Made by a program: the position numbers and the translations under genes. 64,000 bases of DNA from the human T2T-CHM13v2.0 reference genome, Homo sapiens. Within the stretch, counting starts at the first letter, position 1, and each line of letters opens with the position of its first letter. The DNA lies in assembly GCF_009914755.1 (NCBI RefSeq), contig NC_060927.1; one strand, given 5' to 3'. Shown here in pieces: positions 1 to 13,563 of this stretch. The notes under the pieces are model-generated. The model did no database searches. It was given only the letters and a program-made list of their open reading frames with translations, and was not told the origin of the DNA.

Positions 1-700
1 GCTGAGACTAAGTCAGGGGTCACCATCTGGTGGAGACCTTGCATCCTAGTTAATTCATATATCCTTAGAGGCAAGCCCAGAGTTTCTCTTTCCTTTGCGA
101 ATTCAACGGCAAGACAGGATCTCTGTGTCATCTAGAAAAGCCAGTTTGTTCCTTGTAGAAGAGTCTAGTAACAGGAATTTTTACTCCGGTAGGTAATAGG
201 TACATTTACTCCATCTTGAGCTCTCTGCGTCGAATACACATTATTCAGAATGCGATGGCACACAGACCTGTATTCCTCCCCCCTTCAGCACTCCTTCCTC
301 TGGACTGGCCTATGCCACCTCCTGTTCCACTGAACTGATTATTAAAAAAGGAAGAGATCACGTATGTAGAAAATAATCATGTTCACTGGAAAGAATGACT
401 TTTTTTTAGCAAATTATTCACATTTCAAGGCTTTCACCTCTGACTTTGAAAATGAAGCTCACAAGATGTTTAAAGACTACCTCTGTGAAGTGGATCCCCA
501 AAAAAATATTGTGCAAGAGAATGAAGATCTGTTTCCTTTAGATTTATGTCAGTTTACCAAATAGCTCTAGTACAGTTATTTATCCACTCATCCATTTATT
601 AAATCTTTAAAAATATTTAAAAATCTTACGAGGCAATAGAATTTGAAGGGTTATTGTTTGAATAATCAATAAAAGATGATGTTTAGAGTTGAAAGCCCCT

Positions 701-1050
701 ATGTTAGTTTGTTAGGGCTGCCATGACTTGGTGGCTTGAACAACAGAAATTTGTTGTCTCTCAGTTCTGGAGGACAGAAGTTCTGGGAACAAGCTGTCAG
801 CAGGACTGCTTTCTTCTGAGACGTTTCTCCTTGGCTTAAAAATGGCCAGCTTCTCGAACTGTGTCCCTCTGTGCCTACATGTCTGGTGGCTCTCTCTATG
901 TCCTAACTCCTCTTCTTAAAAAGACACCCTACTGACTTCATTTTAACTTATCTTTTTAAAGGTCGTATGTTCAAATACAATTGCATTCTCCAGTTCTGGG
1001 GTTAAGGCTTTGACATATGAATTTTAGGGGGAACAATTCAGCCCATACCA
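701..1050 (-). mobile_element. MaLR LTR, MLT1 family
   Basis: Typical MLT1 reverse-strand motifs: TGTTAGTTTGTTAGGGCTGCC, TGGCTTGAACAACAGAAATTT..CTCAGTTCTGGAGG, ending GGGGGAACAATTCAGCCCATACCA. Subfamily not resolved. Confidence 0.75.
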
Positions 1051-2629
1051 CCACCCCATGGAGAGGGCAACAGAACAAAGCATTAGGGGTGCAGAGGGTT
1101 GTTTTTGTTTGCTTGTTTGTTTGTTTTTTACAGAAACGGGTGAGCTGTGGGTGGAAATTATAAAGTTCAGAGTGTGCTTGCAAATCTACCCCAAAGCATT
1201 CTCCCACTCACAAGCATGACTTACCATCCTCCCAGATAGCCGCATATATACTTGTTAGCCCCATGCCTGCCCTCCCACCTGCTCTGAATTAAGTGGAAGT
1301 GCCTAGAAGATGCAGTGTTTCACAATGATTTCCATGATAGGACCCCCAGGGACAGAGGAGAGGAAAGGAAGGTGGCCTGCCTCAAACTCATTTTTTTTTG
1401 ACATCGTGTGGTTTATTGAAGATTCTGTTTCATAAAATAACAATGCTTACTAAATGTAAAGAAACAAATTTTAAATATTAACTCAATTAAAATTAATAAT
1501 TATTATAAATTATGTTTAAATTACTTGCCATCAAGTAAAACTATCACTCAAGGAAGAGTTTATTCACATCCTCAGTACCTCCTGACATAGACTTATGCTC
1601 CTGGGTAACACATACCACAGTTAGAGAAGCCTCATCTAGGCAATCATTCTGTTCTGGGAGAGGATGAGAGGAGAACAGCAGACATCAACTGCTAAGGCAG
1701 GACAAGTCTCCTCTACTAATCATGTGGGAAGATACAGCAGCTGCTTTTTCACTCACCCTAAGTCACCACTCAGGACTGATCTTTCACTGATCCCTGGAAG
1801 AGTGTGTCAGGATGATCCGTACATCACCAGTTTCAGTAAACCACCAAGATCTGTATGCTGAGCTTCATTTCACAACTCTTTTGCTTGTAACATTTATTCA
1901 AAGGGTGGGTTATTTAAAGACATGAGATGAGTTCTGAGCATGCTCCTTTAATGTTCAAGTTTCATTGTAAGGAGGGTTTGCTTCTGTAGTAACCCTTCTG
2001 TTAAAATTCCTGGCACTCATTCTCAACCAATATTTCCCCAGCAATAAAAGGGTTAGTATTACGTAAAATGAAATAAAGCACTAGGTGATTCTATTTAGAT
2101 GGACCCAGATGCTTTGGAGGAAGGTTTATCTTGATGTTCAAGACCTTTTTTCCAGTATCTTCCTGGGACTCTATTTTCCTGGGGAAATTATCCTTCTCTT
2201 ACCTTCTTCTCCTCTACTGTGTCTTGCTGGAGTATATAGGCTAGACCATTTATCTCAGCCCTTTAGAGATAAGATTGGAGGGTAATAAGAAATAATTCTA
2301 ATTATATAGAATGCAAATCAACTTCCCTCCTTTAGTGAGGGTATTCAGACTAAAGTAACAAATATCTTAAAGTATTTAGGAATTTATAAATTTAATTCCT
2401 TGAGTAGTCTTCTAACAAAGAAAGAAAAATAAAGATACCCAATACTCAATATTTTTTAGAATGAATTAGTGACATTTGAATGTAAAAATTTCAAGCTTTC
2501 TAGAATCTTAAATTGTTCCCACTTCATTTTATAAGAGCAATATTTTTGTTTTCTTTCTTGTATCTAAATGGATCTCAGGAATATTGCCTGGAAGAGTAAC
2601 TTTCTCCTCATTTTATGTAACTTTTATAG

Positions 2630-2806
<177 letters not shown>

Positions 2807-2999
2807 TAAGTTAACTTTTACCAATTGGAGGTGAAAGAATACCAGGAAAACAAATCTATGGGGCCAAGACAGAGTGAGATTATTGTATTATACTGCTCTG
2901 GGAACAGAAAAGTGAGGACATGAAATATCGATCTGAAAGAAAAGGAGAAAGGGAAGGAGAAGAGGAAGGAAAAGAATGATATAGGACAATAATTCTTTG

Positions 3000-3165
3000 A
3001 GTGCTACTGAGGCTAGCAGTAGCGGCAGCGGCACCTGAGAACATGTTAGAAATGCAGAATCTCAGGCTACACCCTAGACCCATGGAATCATAAACTGTTA
3101 GGGGTGGAGCCCAGGAATCTGCGTATTTATAAGCCCCTCCAGTAACTCTGACTCATGCTTAGCTA
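3000..3165. mobile_element. MER5A (hAT-Charlie) DNA transposon relic
   Basis: GCAGCGGCACCTGAGAACATGTTAGAAATGCAGAATCTCAGGC..GGGGTGGAGCCCAGGAATCTG..TAAGCCCCTCCAG pattern. Confidence 0.7.
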
Positions 3166-3237
3166 TGACCAGTGGAACAGAAGTGGAGGAGGAGGATGAG
3201 AGGAGGAGCAGCAAGTCAAGAGTTAAGAGGAAAAGAG

Positions 3238-3497
3238 GGCTGGTCATGGCGGCTCACACCTGTAATCCTAGGGTGGGTGAATGGCTTGAGCTCAGGAGTT
3301 CAAGACCAGCCTGGGCAATATGGTGAAACCCCATCTTTACTAAAAATACAAAAATTAGCTGGGCGTGGTGGTGTGTGTCTGTATCAGTTAATTGGGAGAA
3401 TGGCTTGAGCCCAGGAGGCAGAGGTTGCAGTGAGCCGAGATTGCATCACTTACTCCAGCCTGGACGACAGAGCCAGACCCTGTCTCAGAAAAACAAA
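3238..3497 (+). mobile_element. Old Alu with internal deletions, in last ROPN1B intron
   Basis: Both Alu arms visible; flanked by imperfect TSD AGTTAAGAG(G/A)AAAA. Confidence 0.9.
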
Positions 3498-3587
3498 GTT
3501 AAGAGAAAAAGGAGCAACAGCAGAATTAATGTGAAATGAGAGTTGTTTGCATATTGTCTTTCTTAAGATTAACTGTCAATGAACTAA

Positions 3588-3680
<93 letters not shown>

Positions 3681-3788
3681 CAGCACAATTTTGGCAATTT
3701 TAAAGGAAGATACAGAGGTGATTGTACTTCAGAATGATAAACCCATATACCACCTAAAATCAATTTTCTTGTACAACTGGTACACACT

Positions 3789-3794
3789 AATAAA
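3789..3794 (+). terminator. ROPN1B polyadenylation signal AATAAA
   Basis: AATAAA about 110 nt after the stop codon. Confidence 0.7.
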
Positions 3795-4877
3795 CAAACA
3801 TGTGAGATCAGAAATGTGCGGAATTAAGATGTGAAATTGTTGGAACAAAACACCTTCATTACCAGGAGATTAGTATTCTTCCCACATGGACCCTGAGTAA
3901 AAGTGGGTGACAAAGCATGGATAGAAAATGCATTTCCCATTAAAGCCAGACTGTCAGATTTTAAAAAGCAGTATGTTAACCAGACACAGTGTTGTTCTGT
4001 GATTGTTAGGCATAATTTAGATGAGTGTCTTTTATATGGTCAATTGAAGTTTTTACCAGTTTATTTCTCCATTTGTTGGTACTGTGTTAGTCATTCATTC
4101 ATCCTCTCACTCATCAATATTTATTGAGGTTAGCTATGTGCCAGGAATAGGGTTGCCAGAAAAAATACAGGACACCCAGTTAAATTTGAATTTCAGACAA
4201 ACAGCAAATGTTTTGTTTTGTTTTTTGCTAAACATGGCAACATTCCAGGAACTATGCTGGCTTCTGAGCAGATACAAATAATATCTGAATTCTGCCTTCA
4301 AGGAGCTCACAGTCTAACATAAGAAAAGCCATGAACATACATTACTTTCATGCAAATGGCCTTGAGAAGAACTAACAGTATTCCAGAAAGTGTCAATGTC
4401 AATGGATTTTTCTGAAACCATATACAGATGTCATGGAACCCACTAGAGAAAATCCCCTACATGAGCCTAAGACCTTCTGACAAGGTCTTAAACATTTTCC
4501 TTTCTCGAAGGAAACAGATGAGATTAATAGACTGTGATTCTGGTTCTTAATGTCAGGTGTGCCAAGGTCGCTGGGTCAGTCCCTTGTATTTGTAATACTA
4601 TCCCCTCTTAAAAGTTGCTTTTGGTCAAAAATCATGTTATGTTACATGCATATGTCTCTCTACATCAATTGAGGAGAAATCTGTCTATTAGTGTCTAAAG
4701 GTAAGAGGAGATTGTGATTGGATGTTACCATGGTCCTTGATTTCTGACTCGAGTGAAACAATAAAAGAGACTGAAACAAATTCTTCCCCCATAGCACTGG
4801 GCTGCACCTGCAGGGGATGGGCAACAACTAATGCTACCTGCTGTCTACCTTCCTAGCCAAAGTGGCCCTGCATTTCT

Positions 4878-4953
4878 TTATTTTTTAAATTATACTTTAA
4901 GTTCTAGGGTACATGTGTACAACGTGCAGGTTTGTTACATATGTATACATGTG
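4878..4953 (-). mobile_element. 76-nt 5'-truncated L1PA 3' end with target-site duplication
   Basis: TTATACTTTAAGTTCTAGGGTACATGTG..AACGTGCAGGTTTGTTACATATGTATACATGTG is the L1PA 3' terminus; flanked by AGTGGCCCTGCATTTCT (4861-4877) and AGTGGCCCCTCATTTCT (4954-4970), 15/17 identical. Confidence 0.85.
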
Positions 4954-5679
4954 AGTGGCCCCTCATTTCTATCTGCTCTGGAACCTAAGGCTGTTTGAGA
5001 AGTCTGAAGCACTACAGGTGAAACCTGACACTGTAATTAATCAGGATTAGAGAACGAGTGAAATCCTTTAACCTGCCTCAGATTCTTGGTGTCTCAGTTT
5101 CTCTTTCACTGTGGCCAAAGAACTGAAATATGGTCTTGTCTGCAAATAGGGAATAAAGGGGGACAGAAGAGACAGCTCCAATTTGAAAGACCTTAAAATA
5201 ACAAATTAGGTTCATAAATGTAACAAAAGCAAGAGTCCCTTGTACATTTGGGAAAACAGGTTGAAATCAGAAACTTAGTCTTGGTAGCCTTGAACATAAT
5301 CCCTCAAGAATGAGGCTAATGAAATTCCAACGACCCAAGTGTATACTAGACACAGACATGAAGTTATTGGTGCTGTAGCTATCCGTGCTTACTGAGACTA
5401 AGCACAATTGGCAATACCATTGTTCACTGCCAATTGCTCATCTTTTGAGCCACCACTTGGTGTGCACCACCTTCCTCCTCTCCTGCCCTGGCTCACTGGG
5501 GCAATGCTTGCTCTAAGCTATTGATATTGCTATGCCACAGCTGCTCACTAGGGACACAGTATCTACAGCACATCTGCCAAATCAACCTGCTTCTGCAGTC
5601 ACCCCAAGGATGGAAAACAGCTTTGTGCTTTGCCCTCTACCTGGGCTATGCTGTATTAACAATATTATAAATACTGTAT

Positions 5680-5880
5680 TAATGATAATACCCAACATTT
5701 ATTAAGCACTTACCATGTGTAAGCCACTGTGTACACGGCTTTATACATTCTCAAATTTTTCCTTACAATATGACCTTATGAGGTCAGTGTCATTATCTCT
5801 AACAAACAATCTTAGATAAATTAAGTTGTTCAATGTCACTGGTGAGAAAGAATTTGAATCCAGATCTGACTCCAAACCTA
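5680..5880 (-). mobile_element. MIR SINE relic
   Basis: AATAATACCCAACATTTATTAAGCACTTACCATGTG..CCTTATGAGG..GAATTTGAATCCAGATCTGACTCCAAA. Confidence 0.65.
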
Positions 5881-8723
5881 TGATGCCTTGTATATATCCT
5901 CAGTGCCTGTCTAGGTATGGGATTCCTCCCACCCCCAGCCTGAAATAATCCCTGAGACAGAGATTTACATGCAAATAGTTTCTTTAGGAGGCGATCCCAG
6001 GAACAGGGAATAGGGATAGGAAAAGTAAGATATTATAGTGATGGGAAGAAAGCTAATAAATGGTGTGTTATCCAGCCAGTTACCCCTGTACTCCAATACT
6101 GCTGGGGAACTCTGGGAGACAGCATAGAACACATCTCAGAGTTATCCCAATCGAAGGGTGAGGAAGCTCTTCATCCATCACTGGATAATCCCCACCTGTC
6201 GTTGACTGAGGGCTTCTTCCAGGTGAATTAATGTTCTGCCTTTCCAGCTTGCCTCAGCTTGCTTCTTTTGCTCCAGGAAAAAGGCTCTCGGCCAGGAAGT
6301 CATAGATGATCACAATAAGAAGCCACCTGCATCTGCTACACTGCCTTACAGATATTTTAATACAACAAAGTTTTAACATTTTTTAATCACTATTAATGTT
6401 TCTTTCTTTGGGTCACGCAGAAGTCTTCAGGGTCTGCAGGGCAATAAGTGACCATCATTGTGCTGTATTAAAATTCACAACTGACTCACAAACATGACAC
6501 ATTGTCCCCAACCATTTCTTCCTTGTGATGGGATCATTCCAAAGGGGGTCCCTTGATTCTTGCTGCCAACAGATCCTTGTCAGACCCATCCCACTGGCTT
6601 TCCTATCATAATCAGCAATATCTATACAGTCCTAGCATGACCCCAGTTAAACTGTCAAACGAAGGCCCTTGCAACGTATGGTTTGTATTTCTCCTTTAAA
6701 AAAAATTTCAGGAAGCAATAAAATCAGGATTTTATAAAGCAAAAACAGTGGGCTCTTTCTTTCCTAAATTAAGCTATTTTGATTAAAGTGAAGACTGCAG
6801 ATATATAAGCTTCAGTGGGAAATGCAAAGATTATGGCCCAATTCCATTTTCTCTATGCTCCATGCCCTTCCTCTCCTTGATGCTATTCCATCAGGGACCT
6901 ACCATCCCTAGTTAACCAACTACTTCCAGGATCACCAGGGCCCTGCAACAGAAGGAGCTGGACACCCCAATGTGGAAGGCTGGTTTTGAATTAGGTTAGA
7001 ATAGGAATCTTAACCTGAAATCCTTGGAGAGGCTCCTGAGTGCCTCTGATAACATTATATATGTAATCATGTCTCCAAAATGTGCTCATTAGCATTTTTC
7101 TGAAGAAAAAATTATAAGGCTTTGAGCAATTTCTCAAAGTTGTATATTATCTCAAAAGGCCAAGAACCTTTGGGTTCAAAATAGCCCCAGAGAGCACTAA
7201 ATGGCTTGAGGAAAGACAACAGCACAGTCTCTCAGATCTTTCCAAGCAGAACTGAGCTCACGCTCCCAACATGTGACTTCTTATCCACAGCCTCTTACTT
7301 TTTGAATCTTAGATCCTGGCCATAAATCGGTGTTTTTAGTTTAGATCTTCATATACTTTCAACTTTGGTCATTTCCTATAAACTGGAACATGGTCAAACC
7401 TGAACAGAGACTTTCACACTTCAGAGGTGAGCCAATTGGCAAAGTAATTGGTTCAATGTGCTGAATTATGAAAGACTGGATAGACAAGCAGAGTTGTGTA
7501 TCCATGATACTAGAAGGACTAAACCTCCAGACCAAGCTCAAAGGGCTAGTCCTGGATAATCCCGAGCCTCGGACATTCAAGTAGCTGTCAGCCCCAATGC
7601 ACCAAAGCAGTCCAAACAATAGTTGATTCATTGGTTTATTCAACAAATAATTCAGAAATTCCTACAAGTGCAAGGATTGTGCTAGGCACTGGGGATACTG
7701 CTCTGAACAAGGTGAAGTCCCTGCTTTTAGAGAGATTAAATTATACTTAGGAAGACAGACATTACATAACTAAACACAAGTTTATAATTGTGAGAAACGA
7801 TGCTACTACGTAGAAGCATGGGGCACACAGCTAGTTTGCAGGGGCAGGATAGAGAAGCTTTCTTGAGGAAGTAATTTGAGAGCAAGTTCGGAAGCCACAG
7901 GCAACTCAGAAAGGTGTATTTGCAGCCCACACATCTTTGCCACGCTCCAGACTCAACTATACAGTAGCTAACTTGACATCTTTTCTTGGATGACGCCAAA
8001 GTACTCCCTAATTTAACAAATCCAAAAATGACTTTCCTGGTTTGCATTTTTTTCATAATAAAATGTTGGAGAGAAATGAGTTCATAAGCTTCCTTACTAA
8101 ATGTGGACCTCTCCCACCATCTGCCAAGATACAAAACCCAGAAACCAGGGTCAACAAATACCTCCCCCTGCCTTACTTTCCAACTCTATCACCAAGTCCT
8201 CTCCATTTTATCTCCTATGCATCTCTCAAATATGTCCTCTTCACTTTCCCTCACCACCACCTCCCTTAGGTCCCCTCATCCCCTCCCAGCAACCAATATA
8301 TTTCATCTGGACTTTCTATCAATCTGGTCCTCAAAGGGAACAGAAGACAATCTAGAGTTTTGAAGATAATTAAAAGTTTTACAGAATGGACAAGGAAAAC
8401 AACAAGGGGGTTGAGGCACCCAGGGACTAGCAAACCGTTATCATCCCTAAGACTGAAGAGACAAAGAGAAGGACATGTTATTACAGTGTGAGAAGACTGG
8501 AGCTCCAGGGGCTCCCCTGATGATGCAGAGGGCCAGTGCATCAGCCAAATGGTGCTGAGATAGCAGGAATATCCCATTCTCTCCCTCTTCTATCGACTAA
8601 ACAGAACCTGAAGCTGGAGGGCATGTCTGACTGATGTCGGTCCAAGGGGAGGACAGAGAATGGATGCAGGAGGAGAGAACTTGCTCACACCCATACTTGC
8701 CTTTCCCTCAAGCATCCTCTATG

Positions 8724-9030
8724 CTAGTGATCAGCAAACTTCTGTAAAGGCACAGATAGTAAATATCTTAGGCTTGGCCGGCTAGGTGGTCTCTATCACA
8801 AATACTCAACTTTGGCAGTTGTAGCACAGATAATGTGTAAACACATTAGTGTGACTGTGTTCCAATAAAACTTTATAACACTGAGATGATTTTCAGGTAA
8901 CTTTTCACATCACAAAATATTATTCCTTTCACTTAAAAAAAACTACTTGAAAATGTGAAAATTGTTCTCAGGCTGTATCCAAGAATGGCAGACTGAATTT
9001 AGCCAGGGACTGTAGATTTCAGATTCCTGC
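8724..9030. mobile_element. MER58-type hAT DNA transposon relic
   Basis: CAGCAAACTTCTGTAAAGGCACAGATAGTAAATATCTTAGGC..ACTCAACT..TGTAGCAC..CTGTGTTCCAATAAAACTTTA. Confidence 0.7.
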
Positions 9031-9930
9031 TCTACACTACAGCCATGGATCTTTGTAAAACCCCAGTCAGTTCACTGTGCCCCCTGCTTGAACTTTTACA
9101 TATTCCCAATGGCCTTAGGATAATAAGCCAAATCATGTAGCCTATGAGGACTGTATAGTCTGGCCCTACATACATTTCCATCCCCACTGTCTATACTTCA
9201 GCAGCAAGAGCCTCTCTGGGTTTCTCTTTCTCAGCATCATGCTGTCTCCACATCTTTAGAATACTCTGCTCTCCACTCTCTAGTTCATTTGCAGATCTCA
9301 GCTCACTGCAACATTATTTATAATAGCAAATAACAAAATGAAAAGTGGGGTGGGGGCATAACATTCCCAACACTAGGGAAATGAATCATGGAACACCAGG
9401 CAGCCATTTTATAACTGTAGATTAATGAGAAACAATGTTGATTAGATATTAAGAGAAAACACTCATGTTACAGTAATACCTATTATTTCATATTGTTGTA
9501 ATACATTTATACATATATACGTAGGTGGAAAAAATCTTGAAGGGAATGCACCAAGCTGTTCAGAGTGATAACTCACGGGCAATGGGGTTATGGGTGGTCT
9601 TTTCCTTTTTGCTTATCTATATTTTCTAAAATAAACATGTATTAAGAAAAGTCAACATGAATTTTTAAAAACCAACAACTAAAAAAAAAACCCTTAATTT
9701 CAGGTGAATATGTTAGAAAGTTATGAAGTTATGTGAGGGCTGGGGAAGGAAAGGAGAGGTTTTCACAGTTTGATCTAATTCAAAACTAAATCTGTGAAAT
9801 ACTCAAGTTTCCTAAAATCACTCAGGATAAGTGTGTGATATATTGGTGGACATATTTTAGTTCCTGGGCTTTGACATTAATTGTAACAGATTTTTAAAGG
9901 GTAGCTCTTTTCTCCATTAAAAAGAAACGA

Positions 9931-10198
9931 GGCTGGGCATCGTGGCTCACGCCTGTAATCCCAGCACTTTGGGAGGCCAAAGTGGGCAGATCACCTGAGG
10001 TCAGGAGTTCGAGACCAGACTGGCCAACATGGTGAAACCCCGTCTCTACTAAAAATACAAAAATTAGCCGCCTGTGGTGGAGCGCATCTGTAATCCCAGC
10101 TCCTCAGGAGGCTGAGGCAGGAGAATCCCGCTGGAAACCGGGAGGCGAAGGTTGCATTGAGCTGCGATGGCACCACAGCACTCCAGCCTGGGCGACAG
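9931..10198 (+). mobile_element. AluS lacking its poly(A) tail
   Basis: Alu body from GGCTGGGCATCGTGGCTCACGCC to CTGGGCGACAG, then unique sequence. Confidence 0.92.
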
Positions 10199-10579
10199 TT
10201 GAAATGGAATCAACTGAGTTCTCCCTCTTCAACTTGATTTAAATCATCAACCCAAAACCCAATTCCTAAACCCCAAAACCAATGACTAAAATCCTCATTA
10301 AAATGAGTGCACATGCCAATACTAAGAATGTTGTGTCATTCTTCATCAAAAGTAATTACCTCAACACAAGAGGAGACAAGTACGCATGGAAGTAAACCCA
10401 AAATCCCAACTAACGAGCATCGTTCTGAGATCAGTGGCCACAGGGAATAATTCTGAAATTGGCATCACATCTACGCAAGATAACAACCTGGAGGTCTTAT
10501 TTTTATAGAATATCAAGAACAAAATCATCCAAAAGGCACACGATGCCAAACTAAAAATAAAGAGCTAAAATCCAAAAAG

Positions 10580-11320
10580 TTGCGCGCAATTCCTTCTGAA
10601 ACCTATCCGCCTCCTACTCCTGTCCCTTCCTCTGGCGCTGGCGGGTCCTCGTCCCGAACCCCCACCGCAAGCCCTGGAACGGCTTCTTAACCCTTTTCTC
10701 GGCGGCTCCGCCCCGGCCCCGCCCCAGCTATGCCTCGCCCCCGCCCCGTTTGCCGGCTATTGGCTTCTCCCATCCCCTACCAGAGGGTGACGAGACGGGA
10801 AGCCGGGAAGCCGGGAGGGATCTACTGTGCACGTCCAAGGCGCTGGGCCTAGAGCAGGAGAAAGGGCTTGGAGGTGCGTCGAAGACTATGAAGTGCGGCC
10901 TTCGGCGTGATCCTTTCCGGAAGCGGAAGCTCGGGGGGCGGGCCAAGAAGGTCCGGGAGCCCACGGCGGTTGTTTTTTCTGTGAGGCTTCACTTACCTCG
11001 GTCTGGGCTTCTCTGAGGCTGCGAGAGATGGTCATGTCCGGATCTCAACTGGGCCGGGTGAGGGCTGAGGACCTGAGGAGTCCACTGTGGGGATGGAGAG
11101 GGACAGGGGGGTTTTCGGGCCAGAAACTTGTAAAACTCTGCTCGAAAAAAGAGACCGTGCGGCGACATTTAAGTGCTGGGACAGAGGTGCAGGAAACACC
11201 TAATCTTACCTTCGTAACACAGCCGCTTGGTCTCTAGATGTGTTTCTGTTTAAATCGTCGTAGCCCTCTAGAGCGCCGGCTTTCGGGTCAGGCCGGGGTT
11301 CAAGTCCCAGCCTTCGCCGC
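10580..11320. promoter_or_regulatory. CpG island / promoter (GC boxes, inverted CCAAT, tandem ETS sites)
   Basis: Only CpG-dense non-repeat tract in the window. Multiple CCGCCCC at about 10708-10747, ATTGG at 10759-10763, CCGGAAGCGGAAG at 10917-10929. Confidence 0.85.
10888..11057 (+). pseudogene. Frameshifted duplicate of CCDC14 exon 1
   Basis: ATG at 10888 gives [28 protein letters not shown]; after a frameshift near 10972-10982 it continues EASLTSVWASLRLREMVMSGSQLGR|gtgagg. Recalled CCDC14 N-terminus: [58 protein letters not shown]. Confidence 0.85.
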
Positions 11321-11559
11321 TGGGTCCAGTGACTTAAGCTCTCTTAGCTTCAGGTATTTGCACATTGGGATTCCACTACTTTTTACTTCTCGGAACTTAC
11401 TATTCCTAAGCTGCAAAATAGGCAGAAACAAGCATAAAATTCTGTCTCAAAGAATTGGGAAGGTTAAATGAGAGAACCCGGTAAAAACATCCATCACACA
11501 ATTGGCGTAGACATGCAACAGAATTTAGTTCCTTTGAAAACACGTAGTTTGCCACCGTC

Positions 11560-11810
11560 TTAATGATAACAGCAGCTAACATTTAGATAGGACTTATGTG
11601 GCAGATACTACTCTTAAGTGCTTTTATGTATTACATAGAATAACCCATTTCATAGTCGCAATATCCTTATGAGGTAGGTACCATTATCCGTCTTTTACAC
11701 ATGAGGAAATTGAGGGCTGGAGGGTTCAAATAACTTCCTAACGGTTACACAGCTGTGGAATCAAGATTCAGACTCACAAAGCTGATGCCAGAGTCCATTC
11801 TTCTTTTAGA
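11560..11810 (-). mobile_element. MIR SINE relic
   Basis: AATGATAACAGCAGCTAACATTT..CCTTATGAGGTAGGTACCATTATCCGTCTTTTACACATGAGGAAATTGAGG. Confidence 0.7.
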
Positions 11811-12559
11811 CATTTTACCTAGTAGATGTATGACTTTGAACAAACCACTTTCCTGAAATTTAGGTTCCTACCTCACAGAAATAATAACAGGGTATGGAAT
11901 AAGTGGAAATGAAAGACCTTAGTACACTCTAAGTCATTCTACAAGGGCAGTATTATCTTGTACTTCTTGGTAGGAGATATGACTACCAAGAAATGCTTAT
12001 ATGATTCTCAAATAGCAAAATTAAAAGTTTAATGATAATAACCCCATAGAAGTAAGTGTAAAATAAAGCAAACTGATTCTCCTGTATTGTGATCAGGACA
12101 CTCCTTTTGGAGGGCAGCTTTGCAGTTTGTATCAAGAGTTATTAAATTGCCAATAACCTTTCACCAAATAATTTTCCTTTTAATCCTAAATATGAGAAGG
12201 CTATTTTCAAGAGGTAGAAAGGTTTATTCCAGGTTTTTTTAATTATGAAAAATATGAAACAAACCAAGACCATATTATATTATTTCCACTGAAAGAAATA
12301 TTATACAACCATTAAACATTTTTGAGTATTAATATGAAAAAGATTTAAAAGTAGAAAACACAAGATTCAAAATTGCAAATATCTAGTTAATATGACTAAG
12401 TAAAAAATGCATATGAAAAAAGATTGGAAGCCCCAATAGCAAAGAACACATCTATTACCTAGATCTTGGTTTCCAAGTACCACTGTCCACTCAGGAGTCA
12501 TGGTGTCTTGGAGAAATGACCAACTCCAGGGCTGAGCAGGGGTAATATAACAAGAGCAT

Positions 12560-13563
12560 GGATACATCAAACTAAAAAGCTTCTGCACAGCACAGGAAAT
12601 GATTAATGGAGTGAAAAGGCAATCTACAGAATGGGAGAAATCCAAGCCATGTATCTGATAAATAATTAATATCCAAAATACATATAAGGAATTTCTGTAA
12701 TTCAAAAGCAGAACAACACATGATCTGGTTAAAAAATGAAAAAAGGATTTGAATAGACATTTTTCCAAAGAAGACGTACAGAGGACCAACAGGTATATAA
12801 AAAGATGCTCAACATCACTAATCATCAAGGAAATGCAAATTAAAACCACAATGAGCTATCACCTAACACCTGTTAGGATGACTTATTGCAAAAACAAAAA
12901 CAAGTATTGGCAAGGATTTGGAAGAATTGGAACCCTTGTACACTGTCAGTGGGAATGTAAAATGGTATAGCCACTATGGAAAACAATATGGAGATTCCTC
13001 ACCAAATTAAAAATAGAACTATATCACCCAGCAATTCTACTTCTGGGCATTTATCCAAAAGAATTGACATCAGGATATAGAAGAGATATTTGCACTCTTG
13101 TGTTCATTGCAGCACTATTCACAATAGCCAAGATGTAGGAACAACGTAAATGTCTATCTACAGATGAATAGATAAAATATGGTATATACATACAATGGAC
13201 TATTATTCAACCTTTAAAAAGAAGGAAATAGCTGTCATATGCAATAATAGAGATGAACCTTGAAGAGATTATGCTAAGTGAAATAAGCTAGTCACCGAAG
13301 GACAAATACTGCATGATTTTACTTATATAAAGTATCTAAAATAGTTAAAACTCATAGAAACAGAATAGAATGGTGGTTCCTAGGGGCTGTTAGAAGAGAG
13401 AGATGGCGTTGCTATTCAGCGAGTATAAAGTTACATTTATGTGAGATGAAGAAATTCTTGAGATCTGCTGAACAATATCATGTCTATAGTTAATACTACA
13501 TTTTGTTGAGAAGGTAGATCTCATTTTAAATACCCTTGTGGCAATTATTAAAAAAAAAAAAAA
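12560..13563 (+). mobile_element. L1MA-type 3' fragment (ORF2 end, 3' UTR, poly-A) inserted in an older L1
   Basis: ORF 12749-12970 ([37 protein letters not shown]) is the L1 ORF2 C-terminus; A-tail at about 13549-13563. Confidence 0.85.

Noticed and set aside
9931-10198. Tail-less Alu next to the CpG island as a duplication breakpoint
   Set aside because: The 7-kb spacing from ROPN1B to the CCDC14-like exon fits my recollection of the parental locus, so the duplicon probably continues through it; a small deletion is simpler.
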